Assembly (NCBI GenBank): GCA_020137815.1
Contig: CM035358.1
Coordinates: 3,658,001-3,722,000, forward strand
DNA length: 64,000 nt
Source of the DNA: Hormiphora californensis
Lineage: Eukaryota > Animalia > Ctenophora
Reading direction: 5' to 3'
Below the pieces are notes generated by a model. The model was not told where the DNA came from. It did no database searches and saw only the letters and a list, made by a program, of their open reading frames with translations. The first letter of the stretch is position 1. Each line of letters starts with the position of its first letter. The position numbers were made by a program, and so were the translations under genes. Positions 1-58,879 of the stretch are shown one piece after another.

Positions 1-694
1 GAATAGCAAGTGTCATGTTGTTCGGGCCCCAAACAACATGACACTTTCATAGTAACCCTACAGGGTTACTAGGAAAGTTTTATAAATTTCGGGGGGTCAC
101 CAAAAATGAAAAAAGAAGGTTGTGAAATTAATACCACCCAGGGAAGATAAACGGTTGCCAGGGATTACTATGGGTGGTTGTTGAGTAAGGGCAGGGGCCA
201 GGGTTTATGTCTGCTAAACAACTGATAAAACCTAACATCACATTCGAGTGATCCGGTCCCGCAACACAACCACCCACAACTAGAAGGATAGGATCACATA
301 CGCGAGATCTTATCCCGTACTACAGCTACATACAACGAAAGAGAGAGGAGATTGAGAGAGGCGGAGAGAGGTAGATAGAGCCAGAGTGAGAGAGTGACAG
401 CTACTGAGGTGTCATAGAATGGTAGCTAGCAGGTAGGGTGAGAGAAAATAATTAGAGAATTCAAATATTTTGACTTGTCAACTAAAATATAGAGAACTAT
501 AAAGCATAATCTGCCACTGGTTGCTCTCACCTTATAATGTCGATGCCATAACCACTTGACGGCGAACAGAGGGGCGCGACATGCAACAGAACTTCTTTTC
601 CCATCGATCACTGACAGTGATTCACTGCTTCCTTTCCTGTTCCACCTGCAGCTGTAGCTGTTGATGTGTGAGATAGTAGTTATCCTCTGATGGA

Positions 695-1136
695 CTATTT
701 TTGAGAACGACAATCAACCGTTGAACACCTGGAATTGAGTGTGTGGGTTACAGATATGATGTCAAGAGTACTGAGTAGGTTGGCATCCCTATATCTAAAT
801 TCTCAGCATGCTGCATGAGGCCCATAACGACGTTATAACCCTCCTTTGTAAATTTGTAAAAGAGGGCGGGTCGCATGCAAAGAGGGTAGAGCCAGGCAAT
901 GACGATGAGTCAGTGTAAAATTTCGGCTGACCTCTTGAACACCACCCCACCCAAAACAAAAAGAGTTTAATAAATATATACCAAAACTACTCAACATTTG
1001 CTACTCAACATTTGCTACTCAACATATGCTTATTTGGAGTGTTAGACGATATGAGACACGATTTGGAGAAGGTTTCTCTCACTACACAGTATCCAGTACC
1101 CACCCCTCTCTCTTTCCCCCGTGCGCTCTCTCTCTC

Positions 1137-1171
<35 letters not shown>

Positions 1172-2280
1172 GGCGGGGTTTTTCTCAACAGGACCACCCT
1201 GACATAACTGACAGTAACACTAGCCACAGCCCCACACAGTCACCTATATATCCCCCGGTCTCTCTACCCCCGAACTTGATCACCCACAGCCCCACATTTT
1301 TTTTAGTAATTTAATCTCGTTAACGGTCCTTCGATACCAGTTGAAGTCCTAGGGGGAGGAAAACGTGTAAAACAGATTTTGGTATAACAAAGCTTTGACG
1401 AAAAAAACCTAGACGTCACCCCCTGAAAAGTTACCCCCCTTAAGAACTCTCCATTTTAACTCTCGGGCGTTATGGTCAACATTTAAAGGGTATTCAGATC
1501 CCCATATCACTTTTAGGGGGTTTCATATTATCTAACTCTTGGGGGTATCTATCCCCCACCCCATTTTTAAAATCACCTGAACCTGCAGCGGGGGAAAGGG
1601 AGGGTGAGTTAGAAAAGGCTTTTTTGAAAAAAAATGATGCCAAAAAGGGTAAGGAAGGAAGGTCGGGGGAAGGAAAGGGGGAGGTAGGTGGTGGTGGGGA
1701 AGGGAAGGGGGACGGGGGGTTTGGGTGGGGGGGGGGGTGGGGAGGTGGGTGGGGGGGGGGGGGGGGGGGGAAAGGGGGGGGGGGAAGGGGGGAAGGGGGG
1801 GAAAGGGGGGGGCAGGGGGGGGGGGGGGAAAGGGAAAGGGGGAAGGGGAAGGAAGGGGGGAGGGGGGGGAAAAAAGGGGGGGGGGGGGGGGGGGGGGACG
1901 GGGGGGGGGGGGGGGGGTGGGGGGGGGTGGGGGGGGGGGGAAGGGGGGGGGGTGGGGGGGGGAAGAGGGGAAGGGGGAGGGAAGGGGGGTTTTTTTTTTT
2001 TTAAGGGTTTTTTTTTAGGGGGGGGAAATTTTTTTTTTTTTTGGGGGGGGAAAGGGGGGAAAAAAGGGGGAGGGGGTAAAGTTTATTTTTACATTCCTGC
2101 GATAATTCACCTCTTAGTATTGGTTGTGTGAGTGTTCAGTGTAGTCCACGTTCTATAGTAATCCTGCCTAGCCATGGACGTTGTAGAAACTTGTCTCATG
2201 TTCCAACTACATCCCAGTCTCCCAAATTCTGATGGATCATTGTCATGTCTGGGTTCTGCTTCTATCTGACAATCTGACAT
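695..2280 (-). CDS. Possible small spliced ORF (~67 aa) or non-coding spliced transcript, unknown function
   Basis: TACAG|ATG at 2280, 170-nt open exon ending at GTGAAT (2110), phase-compatible exon from 728 with stop at 695-697. No recognisable domain. Confidence 0.22.
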
Positions 2281-2624
2281 CTGTATCAGAGGTGGTGGTT
2301 TTCAGGCATTTGTATTTTTCAAACAATGGTGCAGTGGGTGTTGTTTACTTTAGAAGCTTCAACTAATTATATTGAAAAGTTCAAGTTCAAGTTCACAATA
2401 GTAAATACAATATACTATACAGTGCAGAAATTCCCATCTCGTGGGTCCTCCTTTGTCAACTAGTATATTTACAAGTCCCTACTCAGACATAAACAGCGTC
2501 AGCAGCAAACAACATATACAGCTTCACACTGCACTCTTCTTTTTTGCCTCTCGAAACTCATTAGGGACCGTCATATAGCCACGCACCGGTGGTCTGTCAT
2601 AGAATTCCTTCATGAACGCACCAA

Positions 2625-2755
2625 GGTAAATGAGAGGTAGGGACGCTGAGAGATGGAGTAAATGGGAGGTAGGGTAGCTGAGAGATGAAGAAATGGGAGG
2701 TAGGGAAGCTGAGAGATGGAGTAAATGGGAGGTAGGATAGCTGAGAGATGGAGTA
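2625..2755. repeat. ~32-bp tandem repeat x4
   Basis: Unit GGAGTAAATGGGAGGTAGGGTAGCTGAGAGAT. Confidence 0.8.
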
Positions 2756-3401
2756 GATCAAGATCAAGAAACATTTGATTCGACACCGACCCTCTCTCTG
2801 CTCCTCGATCTTTCCCGGCATGTTCTGGAGCTGCTGTGTGAGAGTTGAACGCGAGCGCGGCAAAACCATGACACGACATGCACCACGACATGCGAGATGC
2901 GAATTTTATTATTTTGAAGTTTTGTCGGGTTGCGATTTTTGTTTTAGGTCGGAGAGTGAAACGGCCGGTACAGTGGTAAACTAGATTAAAAACTGTACGC
3001 CTCGTTAGACGGCGATTTTTCCTATCTTGTCTGGTTCCTGAGATATGGCCCCCTAAAGAGTTGGTGTCTCAAACTGCTGAATCGGGGTCACGCGAGGAAA
3101 ATGGGCATCAGTTTGCGTGTACTGCTCCGTTTTTCACGGGACTTTAACGAGGGTGACGGCAAGATTCTCACCTATTACATGGTATCCTTACATTGTGTAT
3201 TAAATCTAAAATGACTGAGCAGTGCAGCATGCTTGTTAATGAACCTTGACGTGTTTGCTTGTCTCGTAAGCGCGCTCGCGACTAGCAAACACGACATGCA
3301 GTTCACACCCTGACTACTAAAGTCCATTTTTTTTCAACTGTTCACCCAAAAACTGAAATTTAATAAAAATTAGAATTTGCGTGGCGCGCGCTACACGTTA
3401 A

Positions 3402-6400
3402 CCCTTTGAGGGCGATAGGTCATATATGACACGGTCCATTCTAGACCGTCTGGAAGGCGCTACATGATGTCTAGGTGGCTAATTTTTTGTCACAAGTTAG
3501 TTTTAGGGATTTTGAACCCAAAACCACGTCCAAATCTGCTCGGAAAATCGAAGAAATTTTTTTATGGCCCTTCTCGGGAGGCTAATTTAGGCCTTTTTTT
3601 AAAAACCCCTCTTAAATTTTTGTTTTTGAGGGGCACAAATAATCCTTTGAAGGGATAAAACTACTTGACATAACAAATCGAATGCAAAAAACCGCATCAA
3701 AAAATATTGAAAATTGAATGAGTTATTAACGTTTTAGTCGTTGTATCATATATGACTCTATCGTCCGTAAGGGAATTCTAGTAACAAATGTCATTTGTGC
3801 AAAAGTATGGGTCCAATAGTCAAATTTTATGCTTTGAGGCAGTCTATAGCTATAATTTCTACATTCTTGAACGGTTTTTACTAGAAAAATACCCCAAATT
3901 CTACATTTTGTATCATATATGACTCTATCGTCCCAATTGGTAAATTCTCCAAAAACATCCATAACTCGGGCTAGAAAAGGAGCTAAGAGTCAAATCAGGG
4001 CACTAAACTGTGTAGAATCATCGCATTAGTGGGGGTAGAGCACATATTTAGGTCGCTATCTTGCCCCCTAATTGAGATAATTGGATAATTAGCCAATTAT
4101 CTGTCCCGCGCATGCTAATAAATGAAACTTTGCTTTGGGAAGGAGTTATGAGGCAAATGGGGGCACTAAAATGTGTAGAATCATCACATTAGTGGGGTTA
4201 GAGCACATATTTAGGTCCCTATCTGGACCCCTAATTGAGATAATTGGATAATTAGCTAATTAGTTGCCCTCCAGCGCTAAAAAATTCAATTTGGCGGAGT
4301 ATACAAGACAAATGGGGGCACTAAAATGTGTAAAATCGTCGCCTTAGTGGGGGCAGAGCACATAGCTGAGTTTCTATTCCCGCTCCTAATTGAGATAATT
4401 GGATAATTAGCTAATTGACGGTTGCATAATCCCCCCTTTTCACCATATACCGTGGTTTCTGGCTAATCCTGAGCTAAGGATCTAAGGATCTTTTGGCATC
4501 CCTTTACCCAATTTGTATCACCTTTGACTCGTTTTACACACTAATATAGCACTCTATACAACCCTAGACACCGCCTTCAGCTCTTTAGAACCCTCTTGCT
4601 TAATCCTAGACCATAATTTCCAGATCCATACACCTTCCTAACCGATTTTTTTGGGATATCCTATTGCTCCTACAAGACGATCAACCCCTAATGTACTACA
4701 GTTTCCCATTTTATTATTGGACACACAGTTTAGATTCCCCCTAAATTATTTCTCCTCATCACTCTCACAATCTCATTTGCCACTAAGGAAACTTCTCATG
4801 AACTCCATCGGAAATAAAGATGATCTGTAGAAGGCGTTTAGTATGGTGTATGAGAGGTCTAGCTAGGAGTAGCAAGGGGGTTGTACAGAGCTGACGTCGG
4901 CGTCTAGGGTTGTATTGAGTGCTATATTATTGTGTAAAACGAGTCAAAGGTGATACAAATGGGGTAAAGGGATGCCAAAAGATCCTTAGATTGAACAAAA
5001 GAGCTCAGGATTAGCCAGAAACCACAGTATATGGTCACGGTCAAAAAGTCTGCTGAAAATCGATATACTTTTGAATTTGCTCAATCGTGGATAAGATCCT
5101 CTCCATGGACAATTTTTTCGAACTCAACCCACTCAAAATTGTTCAAATTTTATTAATCTGAAAAGTCCAATATAATTGCTTTATCTGTTTCTCTGTAATC
5201 AGCACTTAAAAAGTGTGGATAACAAATCGTGTGGATAACGGGCTCAACCGCATGATGATCGTGCTAGCAATATGAAATTTTAGTATACACAAGAATGGGT
5301 ACTCACAATATGAATTATTTTGTTTTTATCTATTTTTTTACTCAACTTGTGTGGATAACATCAGTTTCCATCATAAATCGTTACTCAACCGTATGAACGA
5401 GAGTACATTTGGTCTTTATTTCGGGTTTATTGGCTAGGGCTAACATTTTTCTTGGAAAATAAGCTTCCACTTTAACAAAAGGATAACTCAACCGGTGTGG
5501 ATAACCATTTTTGTATCCTTTGGTCAGCATTAGACATTTCGATTCTCATTTATCCACATCGATTGAGTAATTTATATGACCAGGAAATTACATGTAGAGA
5601 CCAACCTCAACCAACAAGGACAGTTTCCGAGCAAAAATTAACTCAACCGGTGTGGATAACGTCTCTTTACTGTTTAGAGGATTTTAGCAGAAAATCGAAG
5701 TTATCCACACTTGTTGAGTATCGAATTGGAGCTAATCTAGCTTGTCCATCGATTAGGTATCGATTAGGAATATTTCACAAGTTGAGTAACCAAAATTGTG
5801 GATAATTTACGCATCATCAAGTTTGGGAGGCTGTGTATCCACAATGGTTGAGTAAAACTTGCTCAACCGTATGTGACGAGGTTCCCACAACAATTATTAT
5901 TGCAGTTATCCACAAAGTGGAGTCAAAGTTACAAAGATTACTCAACCAGGTGGATATTCTTAAAACTTGTGTTTTTATCCACACTGGTTGAGCAATCGAT
6001 TTAATTATTTAAAATTAATACAATTTAAACATATTTTGATCTGCTTACAAAATTTCAAGTGTCTAGAAGGTGTCTAAGTGGTCTAAAAATTGGTTTCAAT
6101 AATTTTGGTCGATTTTTCGAAACCCAAAATATCGAAATTTCAGCAGACTTTTTGACCGTGACCCTATGGTGAAAAGGGGGGATTATGCAACCGTCAATTA
6201 GCTAATTATCCAATTATCTCAATTAGGAGCGGGAATAGAAACTCAGCTATGTGCTCTGCCCCCACTAAGGCGACGATTTTACACATTTTAGTGCCCCCAT
6301 TTGTCTTGTATACTCCGCCAAATTGAATTTTTTAGCGCTGGAGGGCAACTAATTAGCTAATTATCCAATTATCTCAATTAGGGGTCCAGATAGAGACCTA

Positions 6401-6999
6401 AATATGTGCTCTAACCCCACTAATGTGATGATTCTACACATTTTAGTGCCCCCATTTGCCTCATAACTCCTTCCCAAAGCAAAGTTTCATTTATTAGCAT
6501 GCGCGGGACAGATAATTGGCTAATTATCCAATTATCTCAATTAGGGGGCAAGATAGCGACCTAAATATTTGCTCTACCCCCACTAATGCGATGATTCTAC
6601 ACAGTTTAGTGCCCTGATTTGACTCTTAGCTCCTTTTCTAGCCCGAGTTATGGATGTTTTTGGAGAATTTACCAATTGGGACGATAGAGTCATATATGAT
6701 ACAAAATGTAGAATTTGGGGTATTTTTCTAGTAAAAACCGTTCAAGAATGTAGAAATTATAGCTATAGACTGCCTCAAAGCATAAAATTTGACTATTGGA
6801 CCCATACTTTTGCACAAATGACATTTGTTACTAGAATTCCCTTACGGACGATAGAGTCATATATGACACAGTGGGCCCAGCAAAAACTACATGTCGAAAC
6901 TTCAAATTTCTTTTTCGAGGTAGTTTTTGGTAATAATATCTACTTATAAACGAAAAATTAGTAAAATCTATCGAGCCAATCCTTCTCGTCCTTAAAGGG
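3402..6999. mobile_element. Non-autonomous piggyBac-like foldback element
   Basis: TTAA TSDs at 3398-3401 and 7000-7003. Termini CCCTTTGAGGGCGA / TCGTCCTTAAAGGG. Long internal inverted arms (~3745-4610 vs ~4850-6866), each with three ~160-bp subrepeats. Confidence 0.85.
5032..6164. mobile_element. TA-target MITE inserted in the right arm of the piggyBac-like element
   Basis: ~35-bp TIR GGTCACGGTCAAAAAGTCTGCTGAAA. The TA duplication is evident by comparison with the uninterrupted left arm (4431-4470). Confidence 0.85.
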
Positions 7000-7861
7000 T
7001 TAACATGTGATAAACGCGCAAAAAAAATCCGCGCACGACTTTGAGGGGTGAACAGTTGAAAAAAAATGGACTTTATATAAGTAGATGTAAAGATCTACTG
7101 ATCGACACTGCGTACAACACAACTAGCAAAAACGTAGTTAACAGTGACAAATTATTCATCCAGGCATTTGGTGAAGGCTGCTCAAGCTTTTTCAAAAATT
7201 TCTTTCAACGAAAAACATCAAAAAAGTAGCCAAATTATGGGCAACGATGAATTTGTAAGTTTAGAATCAAGAACGACACACATAAATCAGAATGTAAAGA
7301 AAAAACATCGAAATCGCAAATAAATTGTACAGACCGTCCGGATCAAACCTCCCAGAATCCACAAAAGTGGAAATGAAAAATTTCTTGTTCGGCTCGAGTA
7401 TGGACGAACAAGTGGCACAACGCGCGCAAGCAAGAACAAAATGCGCGGCTTGGAATTGCGCGGTCTGGAGCTGGGCTCTCCACTAGCACAATTCAAATGA
7501 TAGTGAGCCGCGCGCGTAAATTGCAGCGCATTATTATTTATTTGCGTGTTACCACTTAAAACATCAAAATGCAGCGCAGTTTCGACCGACATTTCATAAA
7601 AATGAATTTTTTATATTTACTAGATTTTAAATTTTAAGTTTAAGACATTTAACTTTTCGAGAAAAAAACGTGTTTGACTGACTAATTTTACTGTTCCCAA
7701 GCATAATTCATACTGACTTACTGGAATGCCGAGCAGATGCCTTGTGAATGTTGTTGCCAATTTTAATAATATGTGATTCGAAAACAGATCGTAACTGGTC
7801 CCAGAATCCGATTCACTAAATTTAAATCGTTCTCTAGCGGTCAAATGAAGATATATTAAAG

Positions 7862-48069
<40,208 letters not shown>

Positions 48070-48572
48070 GAGCTCTGCAGTTTCACTCTCTGCAGAGAGA
48101 ACATAACAAGGACCCTGAGATCACTTCTCCCAATCGTCTAGGGAGACTGAGTCTCAGACTCCTGGAAGATTAAAAGAGAGACGTTATTATAAAGACAATG
48201 TACCGCCGTCCACCATGAGACTTTCTGATATTGTTGGTTGTGTCAGTACAGGGTGTGAGAGAGTGCTTATTATATATTTGTTGAAAATATATTTCTCAAC
48301 CCCCCGTTAAAATATCGTGAGTTTTGGAGTTTGTTAATAAAACGGGTTACCAGTGAAGTAAATAAAATAAACAGCTGACAGCGGGGCGAGGTCACCTCGG
48401 AGGTTGGTGCACCCGGGTGGGCCTTGTTGAGTAAGGTAACAAGTTGGATCCATTGCAACCTATTCTCGCTCCGCGAATAGTATGTGAGATCGAACTCGGT
48501 CGCTGCGCGACCTCGATCGAACTCAGTCATCAATGTGGCCAAGGTAACGAGGTGGGTCAGGTAACTCAAGCA

Positions 48573-50773
48573 AGTGGGAAAGTTTCTTAGAGATAAGGAG
48601 GGTCAAAATGGGAAAGTTTCTTAGAGATAAGGAGGGTCAAAGTGGTAAAGTTTCTTAGAGATAAGGAGGTTCAAAGTGGGAAAGTTTCTTAGAGATAGGA
48701 NNNNNNNNNNNNNNNNNNNNNNNNNNNNNNNNNNNNNNNNNNNNNNNNNNNNNNNNNNNNNNNNNNNNNNNNNNNNNNNNNNNNNNNNNNNNNNNNNNNN
48801 AAAGTTTCTTAGAGATAAGGAGGTTCAAAGTGGGAAAGTTTCTTAGAGATAAGGAGGGTCAAAGTGGGAAAGTTTCTTAGAGATAAGGAGGGTCAAAGTG
48901 GGAAAGTTTCTTAGAGATAAGGAGGTTCAAAGTGGGAAAGTTTCTTAGAGATAAGGAGGTCAAAGTGGGAAAGTTTCTTAGAGATAAGGAGGGTCAAAGT
49001 GGGAAAGTTTCTTAGAGATAAGGAGGTTCAAAGTGGGAAAGTTTCTTAGAGATAAGGAGGTCAAAGTGGGAAAGTTTCTTAGAGATAAGGAGGGTCAAAG
49101 TGGGAAAGTTTTCTTAGCAGAGAGGGGGTGGTTTACACAAAGTTGTTTACATAGTTGTTTACAAGTTTACATTTAATGTTACAATTTAGTGTTACAAAGT
49201 GTTACAAAGTGTTACATATTGTTACATAGTATTACAAAGTGTTACAAAGTGTTACAAAGTGTTACAAAGTGTTACATAGTGTTACAAAGTGTTACATAGT
49301 GTTACAAAGTGTTACATAGTGTTACAAAGTGTTACAAAGTGTCACAAAGTGTTACAAATTGTTACAAAGTGTTACAAATTGTTACAAATTGTTACAAAGT
49401 GTTACAAATTGTTACAAAACACAAGGATTTGTAGCGAAGCAAATTTTCAACGGTTGGTGAATAAGTAATTTGAACGACTTTGGTGTCTTTCTAGAACACA
49501 TCTAAAAGTTTTAAATCATTTCTAGGGTTAAAACATACACTTTTTTACTAATTTGCGGATGTTTTGAGCCTCCGATGTCATCGACTGTGGAAATCAGGGC
49601 TGAAATAGTCCATTTGGTAAAGAAAAATATGAACTTTAGACAACGGTAAAGTTTTTAGAGTGATATTAGAAGTATTGTGCCTCTCAGAGGCCCCCAATGT
49701 GCTGAGTCACCTGTGAGTTGTGACCCAATTGACTTTTTTTCATTGGTAATCGATTCTTTGTACTTAATAAGATGATATACGACGTTTCTGTTGGAAAAAG
49801 AAATAAAATTTTTCCAAAATCAATTTTTTGGTCAAAGATTGAAAATGTGCTTCGCTACAAATCCTTGTATTTTTGTAACAATTTGTAACACTTTGTAACA
49901 ATTTGTAACACTTTGTGACACTATGTAACACTTTGTGACACTTTGTAACAATTTGTAACACTTTGTAACACTATGTAACACTTTGTAACACTATGTAACA
50001 CTTTGTAACACTATGTAACACTTTGTAACACTTTGTAACACTATGTAACACTTTGTAACACTATGTAACACTTTGTAACACTATGTAACACTTTGTAACA
50101 CTTTGTAACACTATGTAACACTTTGTAACACTTTGTAACATGTAACGTGCACAAAAAGTTTTCTGCACATGTTACAAAGTGTTACAAAGTGTTACGTGTC
50201 ACCCCCCCCTAGAGATAAGGAGGTCAAAGTGGGAAAGTTTCTTAGAGATAAGGAGGGTCAAAGTGAGAAAGTTTCTTAGAGATAAGGAGGGTCAAAGTGG
50301 GAAAGTTTCTTAGAAATAAGGAGGGTCAAAGTGGGAAAGTTTCTTAGAGATAAGGAGGGTCAAAGTGGGAAAGTTTCTTAGAGATAAGGAGGGTCAAGTG
50401 GGAAAGTTTCTTGAAGATAAGGAGGTTCAAAGTGGGAAAGTTTCTTAGAGATAAGGAGGGTCAAAGTGGGAAAGTTTCTTAGAGAAAAGGAGGGTCAAAG
50501 TGGGAAAGTTTCTTAGAGATAAGGAGTGTCAAAGTGGAAAAGTTTCTGAGAGATAAGGAGGGTCAAAGTGGGAAAGTTTCTTAGAGATAAGGAGGGTCAA
50601 AGTAGAAAAGTTTCTTAGAGATCAGGAGGGCCAAAGTGGGAAAGTTTCTTAGAGATTAGGAGGGTCAAACTGGGAAAGTTTCTTAGAGATAAGGAGGGTC
50701 AAAGTGGGAAAATTTCTTAGATATAAGGAGGGTCAGAGTGGAAAAGTTTCTTAGAGATTAGGTGGGTCAAAGT
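48573..50773. repeat. 34-bp tandem satellite (AAAGTGGGAAAGTTTCTTAGAGATAAGGAGGGTC)n with an assembly gap at 48701-48800
   Basis: About 30 visible head-to-tail copies without spacers. Confidence 0.95.
49124..50209. mobile_element. Foldback MITE with poly-G/poly-C ends and (GTTACAAAGT)n / (GTAACACTTT)n arms, inserted in the satellite
   Basis: Inverted 10-bp tandem arrays at ~49190-49418 and ~49873-50140, plus the shared ACAAGGATTTGTAGCGAAGCA inverted segment. The left terminus looks error-prone. Confidence 0.7.
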
Positions 50774-50858
50774 GGGGGGGGGGGGGGGGGCTGAAGTTTT
50801 TGAAGTCGACTTCAAAAACTAAAATGGGTAGGAAACTTCAACTTCAGCCCCCCCCCCC
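50774..50858. mobile_element. Minimal deletion derivative of the 25978 family
   Basis: G-run-CTGAAGTTTTTGAAGT…AACTTCAG-C-run. Confidence 0.6.
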
Positions 50859-51917
50859 ACGGGGACCCCTATCATATCGCCTGTCCCGAATTCCCGGTTG
50901 TCTTTAGCGCTGTGCCAGTGGCAGTGCCACATATGGGCCATTTTTATTCCCTTTAGCCCCTCCCTCTTTTAACAAAAGAAAATTACTACATTTTAAGTCG
51001 GTGGAAAATGTAACAAATGGCTATTTAACAACAACAACTTCAACACATCTCATGATAATTCATGATCTCTCAGCTGCGTGTGTACACAGTGCACACCTAT
51101 AGTATGACAACAGAACTGCCTGCCCTTCGACGGTGAACTGTCTGGCGAGTGGCGACGTCGCAGACCAGATCTGAGTAGGGCCGCCAGACAGCACCGGTTA
51201 GTGCACCGTGGTCCGTGCACGTCTCTGACAAGAAGTAAAGCATACACGCTGAGAGTGGGTGACAATGTATAATTTGAGCTAACACAGGAGATATATACAC
51301 ACATGTATATATAGTCCTCTCTGCAGCATCAATCTGGCATTCTGGGCTGCTTGAATGAGCTGCAAAGACCATGTTATGAGCTCTCTGGCGGTGCCAGACC
51401 ACCCGACAGTGCGTGCAGGTCGGGTCGGAACCGCCAGACAAGTGGTGATATGAAAAATATCATAATACAAAAAACTCTACACCCAATCCAATCATACACT
51501 TCTCTCTCATATTCAGAGCGAATATAATATAATAGCGGCCTTTAAAACATAGATTGTGATAAAAGTGGTGTACATAAGGGGTGATATATATTATATGTAA
51601 TACAATTCTCTCTCAAAAACACTCATTTTCTAGATATTCGTATAAACGGTTGATTATACACACTTGGAGCGCAAAAAAACTTAGCACTTAACGGTTACAA
51701 AAAATTTCCTATGGTTTTGTTTGAGGTAACACAATTATTGTTTTTAAGGAACCAAGTATCCCCTAGAAGTATTGATAAGAGTCCCCTTTTATCATGGCTT
51801 TGGATTCTTGCCAAACGAGGCTCCCTCTCTCTCCAAGGATCGCCTCGTATTTTCAGTCCTCGCTGTTAAAGGCAAGAGCTATAATAGTCCCGCATCCCTG
51901 GATCAATCCAAACTAAA

Positions 51918-56832
<4,915 letters not shown>

Positions 56833-57384
56833 GGCGACACTTCCTAGCTAGCTAGAATAGTTAGAGATGGGTTAGTATTGGCGAGCTAGAGCTGAGGTAG
56901 GAGGGATGTAGGATACTTAGTATTAGGAATCTAGCTAGCTACATAGCTAGAACAGTTAGACGGATAGGTTATTATTGGTGAGATAAACATAGCTAGAGGT
57001 AGGAGGGATGTAGGATATATTAGGATTGGGAACCTAGCTAGCTAGAGCGTTGGATGGGTAATTATCGGTGTGGTTTTAGGGCCGGTGTAACGAGAAAGAG
57101 GGATATTTAAATGCAAAGAAGGGAGTAACGAACGATAGAAGGAAGGATGTTCTAAATCCCGTTCTAAATACAATAATGTAGTTATATGGTAATCATGTGT
57201 ACACGATCTCGAAGTTATGTAAGAAATACAAGGATAAAATAATGCCAAGAAATGTCGAACAGCACAATGCAAGTAGTGTCGTTCCATATTAGATCGCCGG
57301 GGAGAAGTGAGAGAGTGGTAGAGGGATAAAAAGAGAACGAGAGAGTAAGTGAGAGAGATCAGATAGTAAGCGGTTCAAATGGGC

Positions 57385-57472
<88 letters not shown>

Positions 57473-58355
57473 GCCAATGACACAAAATGACAGGGTGAAC
57501 ATAATGTGGGCAATATAACCAGCAATCACGAGGCAACATGGTAACATTTACAAGGCAGTAACTGGGCTATAATGAATTGAAGAGCGAGAGAGGGCCGATT
57601 GAGAAGAGAGTGGAGCAGGATAGATGAGAAGCGAGATAGAGCTTGTCATTTTCGGCGAGCAGCACCATGAATAGCTCTCAGTTACTAACCACACAACACG
57701 CGACATTGAGTCTAACATGTCGACTGAGATGATGCAGAATCGACTACATGTTACTTTGGATGATGCACTCTCTCACCAAGAGATAAATACCACAGCGATA
57801 TCTAGCATGATCGCCTAGCAGGTTGTGAAATACATAAACGCTTTGTTTGGCGAGAGAGAGAGTGAGAGACAAACACCATGCGAGAAAAGATGTTGGGGAT
57901 AAGAGAATTGAGTGAGCGAGAGAGAGAAGAAAAGATAATGACTGGGATCTTTTACAAAAGACACCTACATATTATATTTATTATATGCATTCAGTAAAGT
58001 ATTAAAATAAGCGGCTGAGAGTTGAGAATAGCTGCTAAGTGCATCTTTGGAGTGGTATGTGGTTCTATTATCGATCTACAGAAATCCCTGCATAACTGTC
58101 TGGCAGCACCAACCCGATCTGAGCACACTGTCGACAAAACGGGGTCTGGTGCCGCCAGAAATCTCTGCAGAAGGTCTGTATATATATGAAGCTGCAGCAG
58201 GTATGTTGCAATATGGCGTCGTGACGTCTATGAAGGAGAAAGTGCTAATCAACAAATTATGGGGCTGCCAGGTAAACAATACAACTGGGTACCGCGCCTG
58301 GTATTGTTATAATACTGGAATTGGGGTTGGGTTGGGTGGGGAGAGAGAGCGAGGG

Positions 58356-58473
<118 letters not shown>

Positions 58474-58879
58474 TAGAGAGAGTGATTGGGATAGATAACG
58501 CAGTTCGAGGTCACAAGCTAGAGGCAGTTAGAGCTAGGCACCGAGCCACTGATTTTGAAATATTCAGCGAACTGTTTGTAGATTTCTCGGTAACAAACCA
58601 AGCAATTTCAGATCGAAAGAGGGCCTGAGAGAGAGAGACTTATTGGTTAAAGAAATAAAGAGAGATTCAGAGATATATCTCTCCCATATATATGTGGAGA
58701 GAGGTAATGATAAAGCTTGTACAAATATAGCTAGAGCGCATTTGATAATTGCTTGCTACAATATCACTTTCAGAAACATGTATCTCTCGCTCAGAGTCAC
58801 ACTAAAACAGTTATAATAAATTAGAAGTAAAAAGTTAAATAATTTCTTTAAGAAAACTAAAAAAATCCACGGTCCTCTC

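Larger units (their letters stand above)
3318..7075. mobile_element. Small MITE (~160 bp of its own sequence) split by nested insertions
   Basis: TIR TAAAGTCCATTTTTTTTCAACTGTTCACCC at 3318 and its reverse complement ending at 7075. Confidence 0.7.

Noticed and set aside
1624-2131. Gly-rich ORFs
   Set aside because: Poly-G/poly-T low-complexity tract, probably low-quality sequence; open in several frames.
5032-6164. Bacterial oriC or contamination
   Set aside because: Bounded by TIRs and a TA duplication inside another eukaryotic transposon; no bacterial genes nearby.
3726-6949. Duplicated 'MDVFGEF…' ORFs (also 52333/53252 and 20380/23308)
   Set aside because: Mirror products of inverted repeats; no protein features.
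48573-50773. CRISPR-like 34-bp repeats
   Set aside because: Head-to-tail with no spacers, no cas genes, eukaryotic context.
51050-51470. Overlapping Cys/His-rich short ORFs
   Set aside because: No domain or consistent splice structure; may be ELOVL 3' flank or a repeat.
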